Shown here: positions 35,738 to 48,815 of the stretch, one piece after another
Numbering within the stretch: position 1 is the first letter of the stretch
Layout of the letters: the number at the start of each line of letters is the position of its first letter
Assembly: GCA_053919585.1 (NCBI GenBank)
Contig: CM132792.1
Reading direction: 5' to 3' (one strand)
DNA: 64,000 nucleotides
Origin: Euprymna scolopes
Lineage: Eukaryota
Translations under genes and position numbers: made by a program
Notes under the pieces: generated by a model
The model's input: the letters and a program-made list of their open reading frames with translations, nothing else
Told to the model about the DNA's origin: nothing
Databases searched by the model: none

Positions 35738-38700
35738 TATACATGCATGTTTTCTTGCCTTATAATACAATGTTGGGAAGAAGAAAGAATTCCAAATAGA
35801 TGCGTAATTTCTTATTTTTTCTTGAACTCAGATTCACCTGGGTTAGTTAAACTGGTTCCTTCAAATGCATTTACTGCATCTTACACAAAAGCTGACCAAG
35901 GTTGGCAATCCATTGTTGGCAATAATTTTTTAACACTTTCAACAGCCTGTCACAGTTCCAATGGCGAATACCATAGATTGACAAACTTGGAATCAGTTCA
36001 GTATCTTGCTGACCTGTTCTAAGCCACTTTTTAAGCTGGCTGCTGCATCATTCATCAAACCTTAAGGAGGAACCGGTTGATGGCTTCTCTAATGGAGGCT
36101 TCTCTTGCTGAAAGTGGTGGGTGTGACCAGCTCAATGAAGGTGATTATGTGGCACTACGTTCAGACTGACATCAGTCAGTCAGGACACACACAGGATGCG
36201 ACACACACAGCAATGACGTGTGATGCAAGCATCATCACTGCGTACAAGAATAAGTGTTACCATGGTGACTGCAATAACTACTGTGGAATTTTTCTCCTTA
36301 GTTTTATTGGAAAAATCTTTGGTTGAATCGTCCCCAACAGCCTGCAGTTGCTTACAGAGCATGTATATGTTAGTAACAATATGAGCTTATAACAAGAAGA
36401 TCAACTGTCGACATTACTTTTGTTTTGCCTATGAGAGTTCCAGGACAAAATGTTACAAACATAGGCAATTGCTGTACATCACCTTCATCGACCTGACTAA
36501 AGCCTTTGACCTTATCACCAGAAAATGACATTTCATTTGTTCAAGAGAATTGCATGTTACTTCAGACTCCTAAATGTATCACATTTATTCATAAGGACAT
36601 GCAGTACAATACGATGACTCTTTCAAAAACCCTTTCCCAATCAAGAGTGAAACAGGGTTGTACAATTGCTTCAACAGTCTTTAGCATCTTCTTCTTTCTG
36701 CTGTTTTCCTACACATTCAACAAGTCAGAGGATGGAGTGAATTTCCATACCAGAGACAGTGGCAGAATTTTCAACCTTGGTCACGTTTTAACTAAGAACA
36801 AAATGCATGACGTGAAATATATGTGAGATGCTCTTTGCTGATGATGCAGCGCTGATGAGACACTCTGCTGAATCATTGCAGTGACTCATCCATTGCTTTG
36901 TGCATGCATGTAAAAGACTAACATCTTTGACCAATATGTATGCATTAACCTAAACATCAATATTGAGGCTGTCCAAAAATGTACATACATCGGCTCCAAT
37001 GTATCCAGGAATATCTCTCTTGATGAAGAAATCACCAAATATATCAGCAAATTAGCAACAAATATGGCTAGCTTGATAAAGAGTGTCTCAAACAACAATA
37101 TGCAAATCAACAATACTCAGCAAACAGCTCTAGCAGGACAACATCTCAAAGAAAATCATCTTTGATCAGGCAAATAACCCGTGCATGTTTGCTCTGCTTA
37201 CCTAACAACGACTTTGGCAGCTTTGCTGTGCCAGGCAAAAAGATACTGAGAAGAGCCGAAAGGATCTTCTTTATAGTGAGATCATATTAGATCAGTAGGA
37301 AATCATGTCATACGCTATAAGGATGTTTGTAAGCAAGACATAAGGGTAGTTGGCATCGACCCAGCAGGCTGGGAGTTTGCAGCTGCTGAAGAAGAGCTGT
37401 AAAGACACGTTCCAAGAGGAGTGAAAAGAGGAGAGACCAGCAGAGGAGAGAGAACACATATTGCACAGATTGCAACTCTTACATCTGTTGCGTCTGTAAC
37501 TCAGCCTGTCAATCCAAGATAGGCTTGCATGTTTCAGAAGATGCTGCAATTTACCAACAGACCAATCTGAGGTGCAGAACACCATTGTCTTCTGAAACAG
37601 ATGGATGCAAACAAAAATGCTCGATGATGTTCTGTCATGTCCGTCCATCAAGACAAGGTTGGGAATATGGACATGACCTTATCAATTGTGAAAAACGCGG
37701 AAGTTACAAATTTAGTTCGATTTAGAGATGAGTCTAAAAAATGTGATTAAAACAAGAAATAACGATGCAGAAGAGCAACAGATTCAACTCATTTATTTAC
37801 ATATCAAATTATATTCCTCACATGTTGAACTTGTTAATTCAACTCATTAAAGATGTGGAGGGTGTTGAAGTCTTTGCTGACAATTCATATATCTCCCATT
37901 TCCAAAACTATGTAATGTGTAATGCTGCTTTGTGGTAGATATTAATATTATGTTGATAGTGCAGCATCAGTAGGATTGAGAAATAGAAAATCTACAAAGC
38001 AAAAAGTCAAAATCTGAATAAGACAACAAAAAACAAAACAACAAAAAAACGATAATTAGTTAAACAATGGAATGTTTTTCTCTTCGCAATTTTTCGTAGA
38101 ACAGTTTTTGAAGTTTCAACCTTGGTCCTATCATCGCACAGAATTTGTGTGGGTGTAGAAAACAGATGACCACACAACAAGAACGCTCCTTGTCCAGCCA
38201 CGTTTAATGTTTGTGGTGAGTCGCTACAGTACCCCCCTATTAGACAGAATGTCAATAGGAAAGCAAAAACTGTTACGTAGTATAGTTAGTGAATCGGTGA
38301 GGACATTGATATGTCTGTCTGACCTGGTAGACTGTGTTGGTTTAGGTGAGACGCCGTTGCTGAAATAAACTGTATGCGTAGGCTACGTTGGTTTCTGACT
38401 TGTGGTATCGTCGTGAGTCAAATTGTCAGTTGTAATGGTATTAGGTATGCCATAACGGGATATCCAATGTATAATGAGTGCTTTGGTGACAGTTTAAGCA
38501 GAAATATCTCTAATCGGGAATGGCTTCAGGCCATCTCGAATACCTGGTGGATGTGGACCCATTATGTCTATGTGGATAAGCTGAAAACGAGCCTTTGGGG
38601 TTAAAAACGTTGCAGGAGGACTCTAAATGTGACGTTGAATCTTGGACTTCTGGCAAGGAAGACAACCCCGTGTCCATTCTCGTATATCTCGATTGATGGC

Positions 38701-39901
38701 AGTCCATACAAAACGTGACATCACCAATTTCTTAGTCAAATGGACGCCAGGATGTGACAGACTCTGCAGCTTTGTAAACACAACTCGCTTATGCTTGAGG
38801 GGCACATATGGACGCTCGTGACCATATCACTTCATTGGAGAAACGTAAAGAAAATTGCTTGAACATTAGGTTTAGCGATCCTGTTGCAGTTTCAAATCAC
38901 TACCTCTATTTTTAATTCCCCCCCCCCCTTTTCATCATCGATTTCGCTACACATGTCGGAATTCAAATATATCAAACAAAACGCCAATAATTCAGGCAAT
39001 TGACTTTTTACTTTTTAGACGACTGATGCTACCAGTCACGTTGACCGAATCTTCCAGCCAAAGGATTTCCAGCAGTGGCAGCCGTCTTAGCAGCAGGTCA
39101 AACATCTCTTATAAGGTCTAAACAACCAGCCCTTATCAAGGCTAATAAGTTTTTCACTAATGCGATTCACTACTGCTTGCCTTCTGAGACCCACCAGCAG
39201 AACACTTCACTTTCACCTCTGGCCTGCAACCTCGCTCCTCCGATCTGCAACCTCGCATGCACCTGGTTCCCTACTGACCATTCGTTCCTTATCACTGACC
39301 CCACGTCCTCACTGTCGTCCATTCCTTAACACTGACCCCACATTCTCAGTGTCCACTGACCATTCCAGATCGCCCTGACGGCCAGCCGATCGTCCAGACC
39401 CAGCGAGAAACCCTAAACCAGAGTACCTGGTCCAGCCCTCCAGACCAAGCCTCCGGTAACATGCGACCTTCCGGACAACTAGCATCCAGCTCATACAATT
39501 TTTCGCATTTTTTTTTTTTTTTACCACTTATCAAGACTAAGAGGCCACTACAGGATAACGGTTAAAAAGTGTACAGTAGAAATTGGACAATATAGTAATC
39601 GTTAGTAAATGGAAATTCGGTAAATTTGTTAACAAGTGAAATGGCTAATCAGGAACTTGTTTACGTTAGGCTTGAAGACAATCATATTGTAGTCAGATTT
39701 CTTCGCAAATAAAAGGCGAACCTTCGCCTTTAACCAAACAACCTGTGTCGGTCATTCTCCTTTCCTTTTTGCTTTTTACTTTTGCCCGTGTCTACATTGT
39801 TAGTTGTAGGGTCGATTGTCCCAGTATAACCGGCCCCGCAGCAATCCAATTCTTTGCATCCTATTGATTTCGCTCAAACTCCTTAAGCGCCGCGCTATTT
39901 G

Positions 39902-39945
<44 letters not shown>

Positions 39946-41746
39946 TATATTATCACTAGCATTTTCTTCCAATAATAAACTTTTAGCTTAATTGAGTTTA
40001 TCTCTATTTTTATCACAAGTATTTTTATATCTTTCAATAAATCAGTTTTAGTTGGATCGAGTTTATAGATTTGAAAATTGTAAAATTCTTTATTTTTACT
40101 TAAATTTTACTTGAATTGTGAATCATTAATTAATTTAAATTTAAATCGTTTAATATCGTTTAATATATATAATTTAGCCTTTTCATCGAATTAGTAACTA
40201 AAATAATATTTTGAATTATGATGCGAGATGAATTACTTCCCTTTAACCGTTTCTTTAAGTTATTTTAAATAATTTAACTCGACTCTTTTTTTTTTTTTAA
40301 TGACGAAGTCGGTATTTCATGTTTTCAGCGTTAAGTGCTGACATAAAATAAAAAGAATAATTTTTTTGTCACTTGATAATGATGTATATATCGGCAAAAG
40401 TATGGGCTGAAATCAAATATTAATAATAAATAATATTACATTATATATTATATTCACACATAATCGGGCCAGAAATCTTCAACTCGCATAAGGCCTGGAG
40501 GTGGAATCAGCTGAGTTTGAATGAGGGTTAATCAACAAATTTATCGAATATGTAATAAATGTTTTAATCGTTTAACCTTAGCTTAAAATGCCAAGAAAAG
40601 TTGAGAAACTCGGCACCCGACATAAACATGTATTCTAGCTAGTATCGATTGATCGATCGATGCCTCCGTTCAGTCTCAAGAGACAATGGACACCCCTATA
40701 AGGTAGCTGCACATGGAATTGGGAGGCAAGGCTACGCAATCTTAAGAGTGACGGGAACAATGGCGAGATAAGCGAAGAACACACACAGCATCTGGAAATG
40801 CTAAATGGTCAATCATAATTATGAAACAGATTTGAATCAAAATTGATATAAGGATTCTAGACGTAAATGTTCAGTTGCATTATATAATCATTTTTTATCT
40901 TCGTAAGGGACCATACATAACTTGACTTCACGGAATAAAAACAGAGCCGATCCAAGACAGCAGACCGAGTAAATACACGGGCTCAATATCACTTCAGATA
41001 GATTTTTATAAACAAAATTGGATTATCTTAAAACTTTACTTCAATTTCAAAGTCGAATATCATGGATGAAAAAAGTCACGTTTAAAACATTTTCAATCCA
41101 CGTAACGTAAAAACCACTCCACGAGCTGACGCCGTGCTAAATAAATTGAATAATAATTTAAAAAAAAAAAAAAGCGTTATAATTCAATTCTGGTTTGTTT
41201 GAGCTTACATTCAAATGTATAGAGACGTGTGGAATGAAATACAAACCTGACGTTCGGATCAACTGTGAAACTGCAGCAAAGCTAAGAAGCATTTAATCTT
41301 TAAAAATATTTTAGCAAATTATTAATTTAAAATCAAATATCTATTCTGTTTCTATTCTCGGCCAAAGAAGGAAATATTCTTCTAGATTAAGAAATTTAGT
41401 CCCTTTTTCTAAGTTGAATTTTTCCCTACAATAAAACACATTCCATTTTTAACTGCTTTGATCGCAAGGCAAGTATATACTACTATGTAAGCATTCGATT
41501 TTTTCGACGGATTTTGTTTAATATGTATTGATTGTAAATTTTGGAAATAAGTTATATTTTTTGATTAATCATGCGTTTTTTAAAGCTTTCTTCACCATTT
41601 TTTAAAAAATTTCTTCGTCTCTCTTTATCCCCCCTCTCTCTCTTTCTCATATTCCTATCTCTAGCTTCTCTCTTCTCCCTCTCTTGCTTTCTGTTCCTTT
41701 TCCCTCTTTCTCCTTTTTCGACGCGCTATTCGTTTTAACCACATTA

Positions 41747-42323
41747 CGTCCAAGGATGGAATACTGTTGCCACATCTGGCAGGAGCTGCGAGAAAGGACT
41801 TGGCCTGCGTTGATAGAATTCAAAATAGACTTCGTAGCCTCGTAGGAGATGTCCTTTTCTCTTCCTTGGAACCTCTATCTCACAGAAGAGATGTTGCGAG
41901 TTTGTCTCTGATGTATCGTTATTTTCATGGAAAGTGTTCGACTGAGCTTCAATCTATGGTCCCCCCTCGCCAAACTTTCACAAGAAACACTCGTCTAGCT
42001 GTAAACACTATCAATAATTCCCCCCACTCTTTATCTGTGCCTAAACCTAAACGTAGATTCCATGAACAAAGCTTCTTTCTTAGAACTGCACGCCTGTGGA
42101 ATTGTCTTCCGTTTTCCTGCTTTCCGGCTGACTACAATATGGTTGTCTTCAAGTCTAACGTAAATAAGTTCTTGATGAGCCGTTCCATATAAGTTATAAA
42201 ATTTACCAAAATTTCATTACTAATGATTACTATATTGTCCAATTTCTAATGTACACTCTTTAACCCTTATCCTTGAGTGGCCTCTTGGCCTTGATAATGT
42301 GGTGATGCCTATGTAAAAAAAAA
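41747..42323 (+). mobile_element. Same 577-bp CR1-like insertion upstream of HMG copy 3
   Basis: Same breakpoints and atta duplication as 28257-28833. Confidence 0.93.
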
Positions 42324-42758
42324 ATTATCTCTAATTCCTTCATCCTCCTCTTCCTCACCACTCTCCTCCTACTCCTCTCTCTCTCTCTCTTTCTCTTTCG
42401 CCTTTTTCTTTCTCCTCCTCCTCATTCTCATATCATAAAAACCTGTTTCCTCTTCTCAATTTTCTCCTTTCTCCCCCCTCCTCCTACTTTCTCTCTTCAC
42501 TTCTCTCTCACTCTCTTGACCACTCTCTTTGTTAATCATTTACGGCATTCGCTTCCTCCCACTACTTCTCTTATCATTAGCTGTTTTTATTCGAGACGCC
42601 AAGTCATTTTCTGTTTGAGACGCTACTCAAAAGATACACGCTACCATAACAAGTAAACAAGATCCACAGTGATTAACTTTTATTTAAATTAATAAGTGAG
42701 AAAAGACCTTTTGGGCTATTCTTTCGCAAAAAAGTTAAAAAAAAAAAATTATTTCAAA

Positions 42759-43997
42759 ATGGACGCTCCAAAGATCCAGAAAAATAAAGATGAGGTTAGA
42801 AAAAAGAAAGATGTTAAAGTGAACGCTTCACGCGTCCAGAAAAAAAATGGTCGTGTTAAAAAGCCCCTGAATGCTTATTTCGTCTGGTGCAAACAGTTCA
42901 GAAAACAAATACGTGAACAAAATCCGACCATCACCATTATTGAAGCCAATGCCCTTCTCGGGAAAATATGGAGTGAAATGTCAGCGGAACAGAAAAAACC
43001 TTACTTCAAAGAGGCAGAACTTATCAAGAAACAACACCAATTAGATTATCCCGATTTCGAGTTTAAGTCGAAACCACGTGTTAAAAACCCCAACAGGTTC
43101 CATGCCTACCCCTATCAACAACATGTGGTGTATTACATACAAACGCTGCCAAGCAAAGATAGAATGCCTCAGAAATATTTTCATGAATCCACTTTCTTTG
43201 AGGTAACAAACAAAGCGGTAACTCAAGAAAATTCTCCTCACGTGGTCGGTACAGATGAAAGCATCAGATCCACGTTTTCTGAAATGCCATCCGAGACACG
43301 CGAGAATCTTTCCAACAAGAACAGCGTATGTGTTCCGCTACCAGAGACCGAACTCGACAAGGAGTCACGGGCATTCAGTAATGAACACCTATACAAAAGG
43401 CAGTCGAAATTCAATCCCGTTACCATGACGGCTGGCCAAGACAACGATAGAGAGGTGATGGAATTTTCGTCTACTCACTCCAAATCCGAGAGCATTTCTG
43501 AAACGCTTCCTCACGCACCTGAGCAAAACGGGGTTTATTTTCATCCTGAATGTTACGGTCATGAATGCAATAATAGTAAGTCACAAAATTTTACAGCTTT
43601 AACTTACTCGCAAGCTAAAAATAAACTAATGGAAAAGTTTCAATTCTTAGACGAGAATTCGCCTATAAATACACCAATATGCAACGCAAATATTTTTCTT
43701 GGTGTTGAGAACGATAAAAATACGACGTTTACTGAAGAAACTCTTCAAGGAGCCCAACATCTCACTTTTGTTGAAAATGATATTATCAATGCAACACCAA
43801 ATAACGAGGAGCATATCAACCAATGCACCGAAATGTTCCCAAACTCTAAATCTAATATTTTGAACGATGACGATTTCAAATCCCTGAATTGCCTGGAAGA
43901 TTTGGTCTCGGCTTTCTGCTTAGGTGAAGATTTCCCATCTACAATGTTTTGGAATGAAGAAGGTATTAATTTGGAAGACTTTGCAGAACTGTTGTGA
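42759..43997 (+). CDS. Sox-type HMG-box transcription factor, copy 3 (412 aa; most divergent C-terminus)
   Basis: Intact ORF. Start placed at the ATG homologous to the other copies rather than the upstream GTG (42696) used by the ORF track. Confidence 0.92.
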   Translation: MDAPKIQKNKDEVRKKKDVKVNASRVQKKNGRVKKPLNAYFVWCKQFRKQIREQNPTITIIEANALLGKIWSEMSAEQKKPYFKEAELIKKQHQLDYPDFEFKSKPRVKNPNRFHAYPYQQHVVYYIQTLPSKDRMPQKYFHESTFFEVTNKAVTQENSPHVVGTDESIRSTFSEMPSETRENLSNKNSVCVPLPETELDKESRAFSNEHLYKRQSKFNPVTMTAGQDNDREVMEFSSTHSKSESISETLPHAPEQNGVYFHPECYGHECNNSKSQNFTALTYSQAKNKLMEKFQFLDENSPINTPICNANIFLGVENDKNTTFTEETLQGAQHLTFVENDIINATPNNEEHINQCTEMFPNSKSNILNDDDFKSLNCLEDLVSAFCLGEDFPSTMFWNEEGINLEDFAELL

Positions 43998-46900
43998 TTT
44001 TGTATATCGATTGATAATGCAATCGATTAATTTGATCACATGATCGATGTTATCGTTTGATATCATGTGTATATATTTTCAATTGTTCAATTTGTTTAAT
44101 ATTATTTATTGATTTTAATTTTTTTCATTAGTGATTTTAAAAAAGTATGACTGTCAGGAATCTCGGATAACGAAAGATAAACAGCTAAGCATACATTATG
44201 AAATTCGAAAAATACATGTTTTAGCACATAATATGAGAAGGACTTAACTATACTATTCAATTATTTTAATTATAATGTGTTTTGTTTGAGCTCCAAAAAA
44301 ATAAGGTGCTAATGCAGAGAGTGATCCGCGCTATTTTTAAATCGTATTTCCACGTTTAATTAAAGTTTTATGATATGTTTTTTATTCAATTGTAAGGTTA
44401 AAGTACAGAATAGGTACAAAACACCCTCCTCTCCCCATGTTAAGAATGGCTTTTTAAATAATAACGTTATTATTTCAGCATGGATCACTCTCTGCATGAA
44501 TACCAAAATAATACTTCATTCATTCCTATAAAATTCAATTCAGGTCAGATCGAGTTAATATCGTTGGTAATCTCTTGTTTAAAATCACCGTTGGATTCGT
44601 TCTGTTCGCAAGGTTATTTTTTTACTTTAATTAAATACCGAACTAGTTGTTTATATTCATTCACAAAAACTTTAAATATATATTTTCCACAAAATTAAAC
44701 GTCTGCATAGCAAAATTATAAATCATATGCAAAAATGTTAGTTGATTCTTACCAACGATCAAACATCATTTTTAGAGTATTGATTTATTTAACGAGTGGT
44801 TTTTACAAGTTTGTTGTTACAATAATAATAAACATAATCGTGTGTGTGTGTGTGTGTGTGTTAATTTAAACGAAACAAAACCAACGACTATACATTAAAC
44901 GTACATAAAACGTAGATACATACGAAAGAAACACTTTATAAATTAGTTTCTCGTTATTTTGTTTATTAATTATTGAATTTCTTTTTTTAATAATTCTGTA
45001 AAATAAACTTTACTGAAATAAACTGTTCCATGCAACGTTAAATTTGTTTGTTTATTTATTGCAAAATGTAAGTTTAATCCGACAAGGCCGGATTAAGCTT
45101 ACAGAGAGAGATTCTTTTTTGTTTTCTGTCCTCGATGTTTTCACATGCGACAATGTAAAATTTCTGGTGATTTTGAACTTTCTCGATTGAAACAATTTCG
45201 TTCCGGTTCATTTAACTTTCCCATTTTTTCGTTTCAACAATGTTAAATTATTTTTATTCTTAGTTATTAACATTTTCGGAACACTTATCTATGGGCAGTT
45301 TTGATCCAACTTCAATTGTATTTATATACACTTTTTCTTATCACTTGAAATTTGGTGCATGTTGCCAGTGTGAGTGAGAAATGTTCAAACATTGCGCTCT
45401 ACAATATAAGCACAAATTTTATAACCTAATTCTAAACCTACCCTGTACCTAACTCTAAATTGCAGTCGCTTTTACTTAGGGTTAGTGGTAAAAAAATTGT
45501 TAACTACCCAAAAATGCAAGAACGGCATTTACATTGAATATAGACTAAAATGACTCTAGTCAAGAAAGTTCAAAACGGCCAGATTCATTATGTAGCCTGA
45601 AACAAAATAAGTGATCATTTAAGGAGACTGTGATATTTTAGTCACAGCTCGTTACATAAGTCGCTATGATTAATGGAGATAAAACATACCTTCGTAAACA
45701 GTACAATACCCACGGTGGTCTCTAAGTACTGGGTGGGAAAGAGCAACTTCTTATTTAAATAATTTAAGTCATTTAAATAAGCAAGTTTCTCTGCCTCACC
45801 CTGTGTACTATTAACGAAGGTAAACATCAAAACAACCAATGTCATTCATTGTTGGATCAAAATTTGTTATATATATATAACGTAATAATCAGTAATAAAT
45901 ATATAATTTCTCATATTTAATATTGATAATCATGTTTAGACAGGAAAAAGCTAATGTATTAAAGGCTAAAAAAAATATTTACTTGGAAATGGTTGATGGA
46001 TAAAAAATAGATTTTAGAAAAATAAATCTGATTTCATGATGTCATCCATTTGCAAGTAAATATATTTACTAAAAAAGCACTTTAATCAATAATAAATATA
46101 TAATTTCTCATATTTAAGAGAGAAAATTATGGAAACCATAAAATGGCTTCTGTTCAAGTATATGTGTGTGCATCATGTCAAATCAAGTTGAAAGGAGGAA
46201 AGAAAATCAAGATGGCAGCGCCCACAACTTTTATAACTAGCGATATCACAAAATGGCTCAAAATCCCACTGCTCGACTGCATAAAATTAGGCTTCATAGA
46301 GAACGCAGACTGACGGTTGTATGAGAATCCTTGGAGAATGTTCTTACTGAGTCACTTTGTTTCCTTGCTTTTTTTTTTGTTTTGCTTGCTTTTTTTTTCT
46401 TGCTTTTTTTCTTTTTTTTTTTTGTACTTTCGTTTTTGTTGTACAAGCTATTTTTGGCATTATGGACAAATTTGACATGAGTTGATTCCTGAATTCGACA
46501 GATCCCTCCCTGACCCCTCCGTTATTGAATGGTTTGAAAAAGCCAAACGTGTTATCAGGCTGTTCAACTTATAAGAACCCATACACAAATGGGTCTCTCA
46601 TGCAAATGCAGTTCACAACAGGAGTCTACACAATGTCCAACCAACTCGGGGATAACATACATTATACAACAGGAGATGTGAAAATTGGTGGAAGAAGTGG
46701 GGGAGGGGGTTTACATAATAATGGACCCGATTTTGATGAAGGAGTGCAGATCGCCAGGGAACAGTTGACTCAAAAGGACTCACCAGTTCAACTCCACAAC
46801 AAGGTTGCAGAACACAAGGTGCCTGATAGCATCAGAGAAAAGTACAAGAAAAAACTAGGATTTTGGATCACAAATTGCTGTTTGATTCCATAACCTCAGG

Positions 46901-48767
46901 AGAGACGGGGGCCTCCTGATTCCTTTAATGGCGGTCGTCCAGGAGCAAAGACAGAAAGTACTGTGAATTAAATGGCTCCATGGAAGCGTTCACTGCCAAC
47001 GTAGAAGTGTGTGAACAAACGCTAAGACAATGATGGTGATAAGGAGAGGATGTGTCACTTCTGAATTTTTGAAAGGCTTTGGTCTCTTGTTGTGTCTGCC
47101 CCAACATTTTTCGGACTTCAGTTTAGTATGCAAAGATCCGGTGTGACTAAAAGATGGAGCAGGAGTTCTGGGCTTGCAGGTCTGGAAAGAAAGCAACATC
47201 CTCCGATGGAGACAAGGAAATCAGATTCCGGAAATCCCCGATGTGCTGACATGTCGGTGTGTGTTTTCCCTGTGTGGGAAACTTGTTTGTTATTTTTCTG
47301 TGTGTGGATGGTCACAGTCAAGCGCCTGACGACTGCAGCAACCAAGGGATGGGAGGATGACATCAAACACCGCTATTTCTGTCACATATTATTGGAGATG
47401 CTGAGCAGGGTACAAAAGCAGGGCCCTGTTAAAGGAGACTGAAGCAGGAGCGGCAGCAAGATTACAGTCTGGCTAGATGTGAGTTCCATAGCTACAGGAA
47501 TGGCATAGAAGGCAAGCGGTAATGTCATCGAAGTACAATGTTGGCTGTGTCTGACCAATGATTCTAGGCATATAAATTTAGCTGAGCTTGACGTGATGCT
47601 CAGAGTGGGAGGAGCAACTGAGCCCTCGAATTGGTCAATCATTTGGTGTGTATGCAACGGTGAATTTCTGACACCCTGTCCAGGAAGGCATGGGTAAATA
47701 CAAAGGCTGCTTGTGAGATGCTGATTAGGCAACAGTTATGAACCATGCAATCTAGTGAAAGAGTATGAATTGACCATGGTTGAATTGACCACGAGTGAAT
47801 TGACCATGGATGTGATGGATGTAAGAACATCTTTTCACCAGATTACTGCTAAAGGAAGGAGGATCCGCACTTGAAAGATATTCACCAGTGGAAGGAGGAC
47901 TACACCAAGACCAGGTAGTCAATCTCCATTATCAAAGCGGACATCCGGGTGTGAATGATCTCTGTACTTTGCCAGTTTAATTGACCCACAAGTGTCCAAT
48001 GAGAATATGAAATCTGTTGTAAAACCCTGTGAAATCTGTCAGCTAATCGATCTGGCACCTGATCGCTGAATAACATGGAAAGTAAATGCGAAAAGCAAAA
48101 CTGAAGCAGACTGGCAGTGGATATAACTAACTACAACAGCAAAACTTTTTTAACACTTGCGGTCCATCTAGGTTTGCATCTGAGAGTAAGAAAGTGTCTT
48201 CCTTGAACGAGGCTCACTAATGAAGATACTAATTGACAATGGCATTGCATTTGCTAGTGAGGAGTTCAAGAGATTTGTGGATAGTTGGATTGTGCATCTG
48301 TAGTTTTGACGTGCCTGTTCGCTGAGTGGGAACAGGATCATCGAACAAAACAACCAACAAGATTAGGCAGGACTGCACAGAATTTGATGCGGTTTGCTGG
48401 TATAACTTCACCCAAAAAGATTAGGTTTCACTTTCCACAGCACCAACCAACGCATTGCACAGGTACCATGTCAGGGTGTAGAGCATTTTTTGGGTAAAAA
48501 ACTTGCATGGCAGGTGTATGACAAGATATGTCATACACCTACAGATACATACGCATCACTGAGATATTCAGCTTGCGATTAGTGTGGGTTGCTGGTGTGC
48601 CCCGTCACTTTAAAATTTTATGGCCAGCGATGCAATTGCAATCATCATTTGATGATAAAAGCTAATCAGATTCTGAGACAGTGAGCTATCACTCTGGTTT
48701 ACGCAAGCTCCATCAGTCAGTGATTTAGATATTAGCAGCCTCCTGGGTCCGTCGGGACTCCCTGCTC

Positions 48768-48815
<48 letters not shown>

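Noticed and set aside
42696-42758. N-terminal extensions of copies 3 and 4 (also 56528-56599) in the ORF track
   Set aside because: They begin at GTG and cross variable-length T, G and A runs that differ between copies; the shared caaaATG is the credible start.
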